Shown: piece by piece, positions 1-11,394 of the stretch | Position numbering within the stretch: position 1 is the first letter of the stretch | Layout of the letters: each line of letters begins with the position of its first letter | Program-made: the position numbers and the translations under genes | Source of the DNA: Oopsacas minuta | Taxonomy: Eukaryota > Animalia > Porifera | NCBI GenBank assembly: GCA_024704765.1 | Contig: JAKMXF010000081.1 | Span: forward strand, 1-31,236 | DNA length: 31,236 nt | Direction of reading: 5' to 3' | The notes under the pieces: model-generated | Database searches by the model: none | Seen by the model: the letters and a program-made list of their open reading frames with translations, nothing else | What the model was told of the DNA's origin: nothing

Positions 1-832
1 GGAATTTGGATCTTAGATAAAGAAATATACTAAGTTTGGTGATTATATAAAAATTTTACTAAGAATATAGAATTTTCAAATAATCGGAAAAAAAGGGGGG
101 TGGGTAATAATATTAGGGTATGATAGAATATGCAAAAAATCTTGATAGCTTGAGTATCCATGGACATAGAAATTTGATTAGTACACCATTCAATAGCAAA
201 TATGCGACTTACTATTACCAAATAATATATATAAAGGGGCTAAGTCAAAGGAATTTGAAAATTCGGACAATATAAAATCAATTTTGCGAAAGTGACACAG
301 CAAAATATAAAACCGCAAGGGTCAAATCGAAATATTTTTCAAATTTAAGTCTCGCATTTTCCTAGAAAATGGTAAAGGTAACTTTTCCCTTAGGTAGAAG
401 TTGAACCGACGATTTATACTTTTCTCGATCCGGCCTACTAAATAGAACTTATTTTTGACATCATTTTGCTGTATGTAGATGAACGATGCTTGGATTGTCG
501 CTGATTCTTATACAGAATATTTATTGTCCTTACTTGCAGAGTGTAGGTTTCCACAAAGAGTGGAAATGATATCTTATTCGAACTTGTTAAACACTCGGTA
601 TTGTATTACGCTCTCTTCCTAAAATGATGACGGTTAGCCTCTTCAGTCTTTGCCTCGTTATCACGGTTCCATAGTGCCATGTTGGACTTCTGATTGTATA
701 TTTATTATTCATTCATTTTGATAATTTGTCATTAAGAAAACTAAGTAGTCTTTTACTTGGCGTAACTGGTGAAATACACCAATTAAACAAGTTTAATGCA
801 AAGAATAATTTGACTTCAACTTGCTATTTACT

Positions 833-1420
833 TAGGGCAGGCCACGAATACCAGGACCCGAGATGGTACGCGAATACCTGCTAGGGGGTATGTGAGACAA
901 TGTTGAAATATACACCCTACTGTTGAATCGCTGAATTTGATACCGTACCGCACTTGAAGTCCTCTCAACACCTTGCTAACTACAACTGCCAACTCTCTTT
1001 ACTAGTTATGGATAATTGGTTGACACTTGTTTCATTACGAAACAGCAGCACCTGTGGTGTTAGTTTTGCCGAATCGGGAGATGACAAAGCATCGTCAACT
1101 TGATAGACAAAATCCTATCTCTAGATTTTTCTTCGCAACCATAGAGCCGCCGCCCCCACTGTGTTTCAGCTGTAGTGATATACTTTCGAATATTAGCATA
1201 AAACCATCCCATTTACATCACCCCCTGAGTTCAGGCATCACTTTGGTGTGGGTAAGCCCATAGAGTTTTTCCATTCAATGCTGTCAGAATTTAAGAGAAA
1301 ACAAGAAAAATTATGAAGCAACATCAATCTCAACGAAAGCTTTGGGAGAATAATATACTATCTTGTTACTATTCGCTAAATCTAAAACGACATTCACCCT
1401 ATCCGAAGAGCTTATCTCAA
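833..1420 (+). mobile_element. Decayed 5' fragment of a hAT (Buster/Charlie, ZBED5-like) transposon
   Basis: Subterminal motif GGTACGCGAATACCTGCTAGGGGGTATG (~865-892) resembles Buster-type 5' ends. Frameshifted translation PLCFSCSDILSNISIKPSHL...GKPIEFF...TKAL...FAKSKTTFTLSEELI matches the BED-finger N-terminus of these transposases. Boundaries are approximate. Confidence 0.65.
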
Positions 1421-1672
1421 ATCATTTTAGAATATATTTATTTATTTATGATATATCAACATCAGACATGAGGTAATTGTAATTTGTAATTGTAATTGCA
1501 TGACATTAACGTACAGTGGATACAGCAAATAGGAATACATTGTAAAGAAATATACACTCTACGTATACGAATATATTTTCAATCCCAGAATCCATTAACT
1601 AATGTAAATTTTATACCATATAGGAATATATAATAAAGGGATAATTTTTCTTGTCCCGATGCTAGTCTTATA

Positions 1673-3009
1673 CAGGGTGTAACAAAAGTATTGTCGTTTT
1701 TTATAATGAATCCAACGTAAGCTAAATACAACTATTAGTACATTATTACTTCTCAATATAGTCTCCTTGTCTTTCTAATATGAGTGCTACTCACCTGGGC
1801 ATACTGGAGGCCATATTTTGCAAAACATCTGAAATACCACTCCATGCCTTTTCCAAATTTTTGACGACGTTATTCACAGTGCTTACTTGCTCAAACTCTT
1901 CCACTTGTCTTTCAGTATTGACCATAAGTTTCAATGGAATTGAGGTCAGGTGAGTTTCCAGGCCACTCGCTTTCTGCCAAAACGCTGGAAGATTCTGTTT
2001 GCACCATTCTTGCGTTAGCTTGGCCGTATGAGCGGGAGCCCCGTCTTGCCTAAAAATTATCTCGGACATCTTTGAAGTCATGGCCCGCTGTAAAACCGAT
2101 CCATTTTTTGTTCTTCTATTGATCGCATCTTTGCAAGATCCAGCCAAAATCTTCGTACGATAGTACTCTCCATTAATAGTTTGCCCCTGAGGTATAACAT
2201 GCAGCTCAGATAGGGCTTGGTGAGATATCATGCCCGAAGCATGAACTTTCGCCGGAAATTTTATCTTTGTACAGGGTTCGATTGAACCTGAATCCTTGCT
2301 CCAAACTCGGTCATTCTGTCTGTTTGGGGTTGGAAATAATTCGAATGGAGATTTATCCGATTACAGAACTCTATTCCAATCTTCTACATTCCAATCCTTC
2401 TGTTTCTGCGCAAATTCGACCCGGTTTTCCTTCATTTTCAAGGTCAATCGAGGCCTTCGAGGCCTTTTAAATGGCGTAGCACCTAGAGACTTTCTTAATT
2501 ATCGATGTACAGAGGTGTGAGAGACATCACAACCCCTCCTCCTTAATCTCAGAGCTAGCTTTCGTGTAGATTGCCTTCTCTTCCCCAATGACTTAGCGAT
2601 GACAATTTTCGCAACTCTATCAATTTTCGGTGGACGTCCAGACTTAGGCTTTGATTCTATTGAAAATTCCAATTTATCGCTACGCTCCCATCTCTGAACT
2701 GATCGAATATTGATATTCAACACTTGAGCAACCTTTTTAGGCGTTTCTCCAGCTTTAAGCATCCCCAATGCCTGAGATCTTAAAGATAATCCGTATTCCT
2801 GGACATGCAAATCACAAGATTAAGTAGAAATTTTCAAAATGACTAAAATAATTCCAAAATATATTCTTGTAATATTTAGCTTCACTCGAGTTTAACTAAG
2901 TTGTATAAAAAGATATTACTTAGAGAAATCAATAGCAAGGGTTGTATACGAATGTGACATTTGAATTTAATGTATATTAATATGACGACAATACTTTTGT
3001 TACACCCTG
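1673..3009 (-). mobile_element. Full-length Tc1/mariner-superfamily element (DD37E-like), 1337 bp
   Basis: Perfect 25-bp TIRs CAGGGTGTAACAAAAGTATTGTCGT (1673-1697 and 2985-3009); TA target duplication at 1671-1672 and 3010-3011. Confidence 0.95.
1791..2810 (-). pseudogene. Tc1-like transposase with in-frame stops and a frameshift
   Basis: HTH N-terminus (QALGMLKAG...VQRW...SGRPPK), NRQNDRVW, FRQDGAPAH and frameshifted WPGNSPDLNSIE. D-to-E spacing is about 37 after restoring one base. Confidence 0.9.
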
Positions 3010-3329
3010 TATAGTGTATCCACTGTAATTGAAATTGAATTGTAATTAATTTCTATACATGTTACACTACGCATGTTGTCATGATTCAATTTCATTTTGA
3101 TGTATGAAAATATGTATAATATTGTCACATAAATATCGCATTATAACAATGTATTCTTTTTAGTAATATGTTTTGATTGGATAGACTCGATGTCAAGAAA
3201 TTGATGCCTGCCATTACTAAATCAATATTTCGTTTATTTATAATTTCTAAACACATACATATGTTCCCAATATGTGCACCCTTTAGTTATATACATTCCT
3301 TTTTCACTCTAACACACTTGTTATTTATT

Positions 3330-3760
3330 TGTTCATACCTTCAGGTGGAATAATTTCCCAAGTTGAAAATACCAGTGTATTCTTTCGAGTGATTTGGTTT
3401 GTTTGCACAACGGTGGCATACAGTATTGGCCATAAATTTTCTATTTACTCAGGTCAGGAGAGTTGGTATTCCGAATCCCTTTGTGCCAGAAGTTTCAAAG
3501 TTGTCCTTAAGTCATTCCTGTGTTTTGGATATAATGCTGAGCCACCATCCTGTTGAAATATGACAGCTAACATGTGCGACAATAATTTACTCCCTTTGCT
3601 GCACCTTTATCTCGATGCATGTTGACATCAACTACTTCATCAGAATCTCTTTTGATAGTACACTGTTGTTACTGTTTGCCCACTATAAATAATGCGGTGG
3701 TCTGAAAGGCCATTTTATGACATCATTCTTTAAATATCCAATTTCCAGAAACTCCACTGT
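3330..3760 (-). pseudogene. Decayed Tc1-like transposase catalytic-domain fragment
   Basis: Minus-strand reading FQQDGGSA...IENLWPIL...TWEIIP, broken by several stops. Confidence 0.6.
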
Positions 3761-4711
3761 TTCCGTAAATTCAATATTCTCTCTGTCTTTCGCTAAGTCT
3801 TGTTATTCTGTTCATCAGGTGAATAGCATAACTGAAATGGAGCTTCATTAGATGATAATGCATTCACCAAGCATTACGTGACCAATTTTTTGCGTTCTAT
3901 ATAATACATAAGGATAATCGAGTAATTTTCTGTATTCGGTAAATTTGGTGTAACTGTGGCTTATACGGCTTTATACCTAGATTTTCCGAAACTAACTATG
4001 CTGAGTTACATGTGGACTTTAGAACCCTTAGATTTATATACTGAGATATTTTGCGAGTGATCTTCATCTTGCTCCCTAGAAATTTAGCAATAAGAAGATT
4101 GGACACTTTCTGATCGTTGGTTTCCTTCTACTGCCGTGTTTATTTTCGGTGCTATTTCCATGTGCTCTTGACCACTAAAAATAATGGTGCCCACATTAGT
4201 TTCAAAAGTACTACGATACTTTTCTGCATTCGCCTCATGGCTTTGGGTTATCACCCAAAATAATAATTCAAGAGATTTGTGAAGAAGAGAGTAATAGGTT
4301 TGGTTTAGACAAGTATGGTTAATTTTTATTGATTCGGACAAGTGGCTGTTCGATAAGATCTCGAATCGGATAAGTGGCAGACAATCAGAAGTTTTCTGAT
4401 GAATCCCAACTGGCAACTCTGACACCTTCATGTGTCTCGTTCATAGACTCCTTTATTGAAGGGGATCGCGGGGCTATTATCTTGAGTCTGAGAGGCTCCA
4501 ATATATATTGAAAAACATTAGAAAATACACCTAGCCTGTTGTTTGTATTAAAAAATTGGTGTGTTTGCGTAAGTTTGGTGATTTTTAGAAATTTTTGACA
4601 ATTTTACATGAGTAATATATTGAAATTATAATGAGCTAGTTGTATATTGGAAACCTTGTATCAACAATTATATTATTTCTATGTGAAGTCTGATTGCATT
4701 ATCGGGAACTA

Positions 4712-5028
4712 CCCTAGTTACCCATTTTCTAAACTTTTACACAATTTTCTTTTAAGTTATGACAATGGGAAAATTGTGCCACTTGCGTCATGAGTGGCAC
4801 AAGTGGCAGGAACACAAATATTAATGTGTAGAGATTAGATAATGATGACTAAAAATGCGATATTTCCATACTAATCATGGTTATACTTGTTGTAGTAGAA
4901 TTCTGATTAAATCTGAATTTACATGGGTTCTGCCACTTGTGCCACTTATGACAAAAGTGAAAAAATTTGCCACATAACCATAACTTATTAGAAAATTATG
5001 TGAAAGTTTAGAAAATTGGTATCTAGGG
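4712..5028. mobile_element. Non-autonomous element/MITE with ~100-bp imperfect inverted arms
   Basis: 4712-4813 is an imperfect reverse complement of 4927-5028; termini CCCTAG...CTAGGG; TA on both flanks. Confidence 0.8.
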
Positions 5029-5387
5029 TAATTCATGGGTATATACTTCGATAATGCAATCAGATTCCACATAGAAACAGTATATTTGTTGATATACGAT
5101 TTACAATATAACCTAATTCACTATACGTATTATTATTATATTTACACCTCATGGAAAAGGATTGTTGAAAATTTCAAAATAATGACCAAAGTTTATACTA
5201 ACACACCAAATTTTTGATCCTTGTATATTTTAGTTCCCATCTTAGTTCCAACTAGAATATTTAGTCGATAAGTAGCACAATCAGAACATGGATATTTCGT
5301 GGGCACGAATACTTTTGATGGGGTGGTATCAATTGAAGGGTTTTTATGTGAATCCAGTGATGTGTACTTTTGAGCATGCAAAGTGAA

Positions 5388-5512
5388 AATTATATCCGGT
5401 ATATTCTTATAACCAGCATGTTATATTAGGAAATGCGGGGACATTTTCCAGAAGATGGTTCTTATATCCGAAATGTTCTTATATCAGGTGTTCTTATAAC
5501 CGGAATCGACTT
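5388..5512. mobile_element. Solo end of a pogo/Tigger-like MITE
   Basis: Repeated TTCTTATA(A/T)C motifs ending in TTCTTATAACCGGAATCGACT, typical of pogo-like MITE ends. No partner end found. Confidence 0.45.
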
Positions 5513-8511
5513 TACCATATATGGAAAGACGTAAAACCGCAAAACTCAAACTACAAATATTCTAGTATGACTAATTAATTCACCATATGTGACTTCATGT
5601 ATAACAATACATCATTTCTTACCATAAAAACGATTAGTTTTTATTTACATGCAATGGACTAAACTTCCAGGGCCCGTGGATGAGCACCTACAGTCCTGAG
5701 TTAAAGGAGTCCATGGTCTCATTAGTAATATCGTAACTGAGCTCGTATTAGGGAATTAATACAATGCCTGACGAATTCATGATATAAAGATCTGATTGCA
5801 CTAATTTAACGACTCTTTCAGCTCCTCTTATTTACGGGAGTGTACTTGTGACCACCCCCCCTCTGCTACACATTACTCATGTGCAGCAATCAGCAACTTC
5901 AATTCGGGGACTGACATTTGAGGGAATTAATGTTGTTGTTTAACTCTTTAAAGCGGTGATCAAAACACACTGCACGAGTTAGGAGATATCTTCTCATCAG
6001 TTCAGCTCTCTCATTTTATTATAACTCTAATACAGTTTCTGTGGATAAGTTCTTTTTCAAGATATCTAGCAACTCTTGACATTTAGGCCCAAGTGCAGAT
6101 AACATTAGAAGAATATGGAACATCTTACCTATCTGACCATAGAATACATAACTGTCTGCTTAGAAGGAAAAATCGTGATCAGATAATTTTAAGCAATTTA
6201 TAGCATCATTAATTGTTATTATTCTGCCCAGATTCTCTCTTTAACTGGCCACCTTGGTACTTTGTCGTACTTTTAAGGAGTTAGTGTTAGATTTTCTTAT
6301 GTTGACACAAGTATCTAGCCCTATTTAATGTTCATTAGCGGTCTATGTATACTTGACAAAGTTCGCCCGCTGAAAAGACAGGTTATGGCTTACAATTTGA
6401 ATCTAAATTGGATTTTCACTTATTCATAATAAAGAATTCATATGATATTCCTTTCTTCAATATCACTGACGAAGGCATGGGTAGTAATTACAAGATTATT
6501 TCTGCCTTTCGTACGTGGCTGAAAATCAAAATTTCGTTTTCGTTCCCATGTTAGTTTTGACGCTTATGGAATTTAGAGAACTCAATTTTTCCCTGTCCTG
6601 GATATGTTTCAAATCGTTAGAAATAATATGGCGATACTACACGCAAAAGAGTAAGAAGAGCGAGTGACTTTGAAGAACGAAAGCAAACGCGTCTTCAAGA
6701 AACAAGGCCATCTACTGAAGCATCTAGGAATAATAGGTGGTATATTACCACAAAATTTGCTCTCCGCGAGTAGTAGATTCACTATCCTTCAGACACTTCT
6801 GAAGACCTTGATGGAACCTCATTAGAATTTTTCGCTAATGTAAATTCTCCAGAATCTAGTGTAGATGGAAAACTGGCCTTTAGTAGATCAACCAGATTCA
6901 AGTGAGGGACAAATTTACAGCCAGCAAGCTTTCTAAAATCGATCCAGTTGCATCATTGTATTTTCTCATTTGTGATCTCAATTTGCGGGTACATGGAAAT
7001 CAATCTGCAATACTAAGAACAGTATTTTAAGTCATAAAATCAAAACAAATCTGCACGGTAATTCTTGCAGAACATCAATTATCATCCATGAAATCTTATA
7101 CAGCATCATTGGTTTTGTTCATATTGTTTCCATTTTAGTAAACATTGATAACAGTTGTGACTATGTCATATTTTTTCCACAATCGTATTTAGAAATCATT
7201 GTAAGTCAATAGATTCAAAAAATATGGCTTACAATCTATCACTTCAGGGTTATATTTAGCTGCCGGTTCATTATTGTAGAAACCTTTTTGGTGCCAATAT
7301 ACTGAGTCAACTTGAGTGGCAGGGTTGCAATTGTATTAAAGTTTGTTGAAAAAGTGTGGGACAAGTGTCAAAGGAATTCGATTAATTCATAGTACCGGGC
7401 CAGAAAATCTTGGATACCTCTTGTACCACTTCATTCGGCCATCTATTGCATTTAATTTTATTAGCTTGAATTTTTTCAATGTCAACTTCAACTTTTCTAG
7501 TAATAGTCAAATACTAGAAAGTGAATTGAATGAATTAGCGTCAACTTTTCAAATATTTATCCACTTGATTCTGTATATGTTTCCAAATTCTTATATGCTA
7601 TTTTCCATTCATAATCGCAAATGCTTAGAAGTATTTACTATATGTTGGAAGATACACCCTGTTATCGAACGTTTAATTTTATTTCAATTTACAATGTGCC
7701 TTCAAAAGTCCCCAACTTACCCCATATTTTGTATCTATACTGAATATACCTAACAATCTGTAAACTATCTCGAAATAATCGCCATTAACGTATACAATCC
7801 GTTGTGACAATCTAGCCATCTAAAAAATACATTTTGTATTTTCCGGTAGATGCCATTAGTGATCTCCAAATTGCGTTTGCTAGGTCGATTGTCGTATCAA
7901 AATGCTTGTCTGCAATGTCCTTCCCAACTTTGTAAAATATATTGATCAATGCAAAACCATCCGATTATGATGGTATAATGAAAAGTTTATTTCAATCCAT
8001 TTATGAGATATAGAATGTCCTAAAACCTCGAATTGCCTTCGTATTTAAAATGTCCTTATTAACAAAACTCTTTGTACTGTATGTCTCACCATTCATCCAT
8101 CTTCGAAGAAGAATTCTTTTTGACACACATTAATAACAAGGATAGAGACAGCTATGCTTTTTACAGGAACCATTAATCTTTGGTGTTGACAACAATTTCT
8201 GTGATTAGAAAACTACAAAACCTTTATGTTTTAATACGCAATTTACTTTATATTCTATTTGTAACGTAAATGTGTGTGAATTAATGTTGATCTCAAAACA
8301 TGTACTTAGGCAATTAACAGTATGCAATTTCAAATTCTGTCAATTTTTTAGTTCCAATTGCGGGCTATACGAATTCTAAATATACGCACATTGATATGTT
8401 TTCCAGACGACGTATATCAAGTCTATTACAACGAAGTGAATGCTAACAAATACAATCTTTGTATACTGATTCTAAATCTGTATGTAGTTATATATTGAAT
8501 CTTTAAAATCA

Positions 8512-9003
8512 TCATCCGAATTTGACAAATCGCTCTGAAAATTTGAAATATAAAGTGGGCCGAAATAAAAGTAGACAAAGGACAACAAGAAAATTATACA
8601 TCTTATTGATCGGTGTATATAGAAAGTTAGTTGAAATTTCCAGCTTCCAAAATAGTGCGCAACATTGAAAATTCCTTTGAATTCCATTTTGATTTATGTT
8701 GCTATAGAAATTGCAAATTGAATTTTCGTTACTATGTGATAGTACACCATTTATGTAAATATGTTCTAACACGGGATTCCAATCGTAATCATTTGTATCT
8801 TTGGTCGAGTTAATGGCTAAATACCAAACAATAACCCTGCACTCCAAGCTTGACTCGTAAAATCTTGAAAGTTCATGAATATGACACCTCTCAGACCATA
8901 GTTCAAATAGAGGAATATTTTGAACTAGACCATCAAAAGAAAGTTTCATTGCACAGAATCTTTCATAGGCTACGGATGTGGTAAAGAGATCAATAAAATC
9001 CAT
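8512..9003 (-). pseudogene. Unidentified ORF (163 aa), probably the start of a longer decayed reading frame running leftward
   Basis: ATG-initiated ORF from the track. Protein-like segments continue in shifted frames to lower coordinates. No family recognised. Confidence 0.35.
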
Positions 9004-9124
9004 TGATTCTCTAGGAGGACAATGATGGGATTCGCCTCTATATTCAGATTTTGGGTTAAATTTGAAGAGAAAATGTTAAACCATAACTTGCTATTAACTT
9101 GGGGACCTTGGCCACTGGTCTGGC

Positions 9125-10212
9125 ATCTGATTGATTAGAAATTAACTCCAATGTCATTGCAGCTATCTTGACCTTAGAAGTGTTCTCAATTTATGCTGTT
9201 CTCTGATTGAGTCTAGAAGACTAGATAGCCGTGATGATTGTTGCTTCAGTGAAAGATCGCTAATATTCTTCCTATTTGAGCCTTTTTTAAAGTATTCAAC
9301 AAATGTGTTGATGTTGATAAAACTCTATTCCTTCTTGGTGTGTTGGAAATTAGTAAGAGAAAATACACTAAGCTTCGTCAACATTTATTCTCTAATAATA
9401 TTGAATTTCTTGCATATCAGAAGTAGCTGAATATGGACACGATATCATTCTACGTTCCTCAATATATCTTTATCCGAATGTTTCGGCACCGATTGGTATA
9501 GGTGCATTCTGCGCCAAATTTGTTAAACATGCATTTATCAGATTTCTCGCAAATTTATCCCCTTTAGTAGATGATTTTGCTCTGATACTTCAGATAGCGG
9601 ATACTTTAGACAACTCTGGCAGTCATACAGTTTACCACCATCAAAACGCCATTACATCCAACAAGTAATGTACCCTATTTTACCTCAAACCGGTTGTAGT
9701 CAAGTCTTCGACAGGGAAAGAGCTCTGGAGAAATACTTCTCCTAACTCGGCCTTTTGTTAGCGTCCAGTATTCTTATGTGCTGCTAAAGAGAATCATGAA
9801 AATACTAAACAGTTCGTGAATGATACAGTAAATCCAGATAGTGACAGGATGAAAAATGTGGGTTTGTCATCGCAAAAATGGGTCAAGTCTCTGTTTGTAT
9901 CATTAGGTCCTTATTCGATGGAACAACTAGAATAATATCTGGAGCAGCAGGAGCAAGTTGCCAACTTTGCACAGCAAAAACAACTGAAAGATCTAGAGTT
10001 AGTAATATAAGGATTCCCATCAATAAACACATTTCTGATGCAACCGAAAATACAGAGAGCATTAGCTAAAAAACTTTTTTTGAAGACAATACAAGTGATA
10101 TCTTCATTAGACTATCTTCCTAAGTGATCCAGATTTATGTGAAATTCTTTCTAAATTGAGGTGTGAAAGATGTGGAGAAGAGGGTCACACTAGGAAGACT
10201 GCTAAATACTGA
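9125..10212 (+). pseudogene. Degenerate RAG1-like/Transib transposase (copy A), internally deleted
   Basis: Frameshifted segments align by eye with the intact copy: FLLGVLEISKRKYTKLR vs YILDSLEIGASKYTNLK; IADTLDNSGSH vs ISDGLDGSGCH; NTSPNSAFC*RPV vs NSSPNSPFCFRPV; SLFDGT..GAAGASCQLCT vs SLFDTK..GAGGASCHLCT; FEDNTSDIFIRL..SDP vs FTDNVRDILVRL..SDP. Ends CERCGEEGHTRKT. Left boundary is approximate. Confidence 0.85.
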
Positions 10213-10492
10213 AGTAAATATGACTTCAAAGACAATATATAAACATCAATTGACAGCCTAGTACATCCTCTTATCGTTAAGTAACAAATATATGTAAGTG
10301 ATATGTAACGTCACGTTAACTACAAGAAGGCAGCATAATTATTTAGTTTTAAGAATTTGATGTCATCATTATGACGTCATTTCACTGAAAGTAGAAGTCG
10401 TATCTAATATTTTACATGGCGAAAGTATTTCTAGATATCGATAACCCATATGTGACTAATATAATGTATATTGATAACATGTACCCAGATAT

Positions 10493-10527
10493 CTATTCCC
10501 TACCAACTGTCAATTTAAGCCACTGTG
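10493..10527 (-). repeat. 3' terminal repeat of RAG1-like copy A with RSS-like heptamer
   Basis: Minus strand reads CACAGTG GCTTAAATTGACAGTTGGTAGGGAATAG; lies ~300 bp after the copy A stop codon, as the equivalent end does for copy B. Confidence 0.7.
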
Positions 10528-10828
10528 TAAGGAATTCTTCGTTTGTTCGCTATTAGCTAATACCATCTGCTCGGCACTTTCTGCCTCGAAATTGCACACG
10601 TTTCGCAACGAAGTATCTTTGTACTTGTGCCCCATACATAATATGGATTTTCTTAAGAATTCTTGAGAAAATATATCCATGACCTAATATTAATAAATAT
10701 TGTATTACCATTGTGGGTAGTCAGGAAACTTTTATGTTTGTTCTTGGATAATACTTTGGTACTGTTCACAGTACCTGAAATACACTTTCAATAGAATTTC
10801 ATTCTCTGAAATCTTCTATCTCATTTAG

Positions 10829-11064
10829 GTCACAAGAAGTTTCATCAGACTTCAGTGAGGTCCATTGCCAAACTACAGGCAAAGTACAGAAATCTCAGAG
10901 AAAAGTACGAGATTGGAATGGAGGAAATTTTGATTTTGAGACAGGAGAGGGAAGAAGCAGCTCAGGAGAGAAAGCAAATGAGAGAGGAAATTGCAGCACT
11001 ACAGGAAAGATTAACAGTCTTCGAAAGCCGTCTCAGCCAAATATACAATCTCAGCAGAGTATAA
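10829..11064 (+). CDS. Probable terminal coding exon: possible Myb/SANT-like helix followed by a coiled coil
   Basis: Pyrimidine-rich acceptor ...CTCATTTAG (AG at 10827-10828). Open frame HKKFHQTSVRSIAKLQAKYRNLREKY...QEREEAAQERKQMREEIAALQERL to TAA. Upstream exon not found. Confidence 0.45.
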
Positions 11065-11394
11065 GTAATTATTGTCTGCATAATCCCTTTCATCAGCTAT
11101 ATGTTAACATATTTGATACTATGACATACCATGTATAGTTGCATGTCCTTGTTTACATATATACGTAGTGTTACAATATTTAGTCAACTATTTAATCACT
11201 TTGCAGGCTTGCCAAAAGCTGCCCAAAAATTTATAACATTCATTATCCAGACCGGACAAAAATCCGAAAAATATATTTCTTAAATGTTTTAAATTTTTCA
11301 GTAGAATTCTATATTTTGCTGGTTATTAGTTATTCCAATACTCTACAGCCATATACCGTAATGTTTCTATGTTAAAGTAACTCTTTTGCGGATC

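Larger units (their letters stand above)
1514..3025. mobile_element. Small pogo-like MITE relic (~170 bp of its own sequence) interrupted by the Tc1-like element
   Basis: CAGTGGATACA (1514-1524) and its reverse complement TGTATCCACTG (3015-3025), each flanked by TA. The Tc1-like element sits 14 bp inside the right end. Confidence 0.45.

Noticed and set aside
1875-1881. CACAGTG here, plus CACTGTG at 1157-1163 and CACAGTG at 30812-30818
   Set aside because: All lie inside coding relics of other elements and lack the shared downstream motifs; expected by chance.
4084-4431. 115-aa - strand ORF
   Set aside because: No recognisable motif, splice context or element boundaries.
7343-7753. 136-aa + strand ORF
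   Set aside because: F/L/I-rich composition typical of the antisense of a decayed - strand frame.
7740-7990. OTU-like protease motifs on the - strand (SDGFAL ... NGDYFE)
   Set aside because: Neither the catalytic Cys nor the His is present, and the spacing is far shorter than in OTU domains.
11197-11203. CACTTTG as the 5' TIR heptamer of RAG1-like copy B
   Set aside because: Preceded by TTAAT rather than the expected CAGCG duplication, and the following sequence does not resemble the 3' end.
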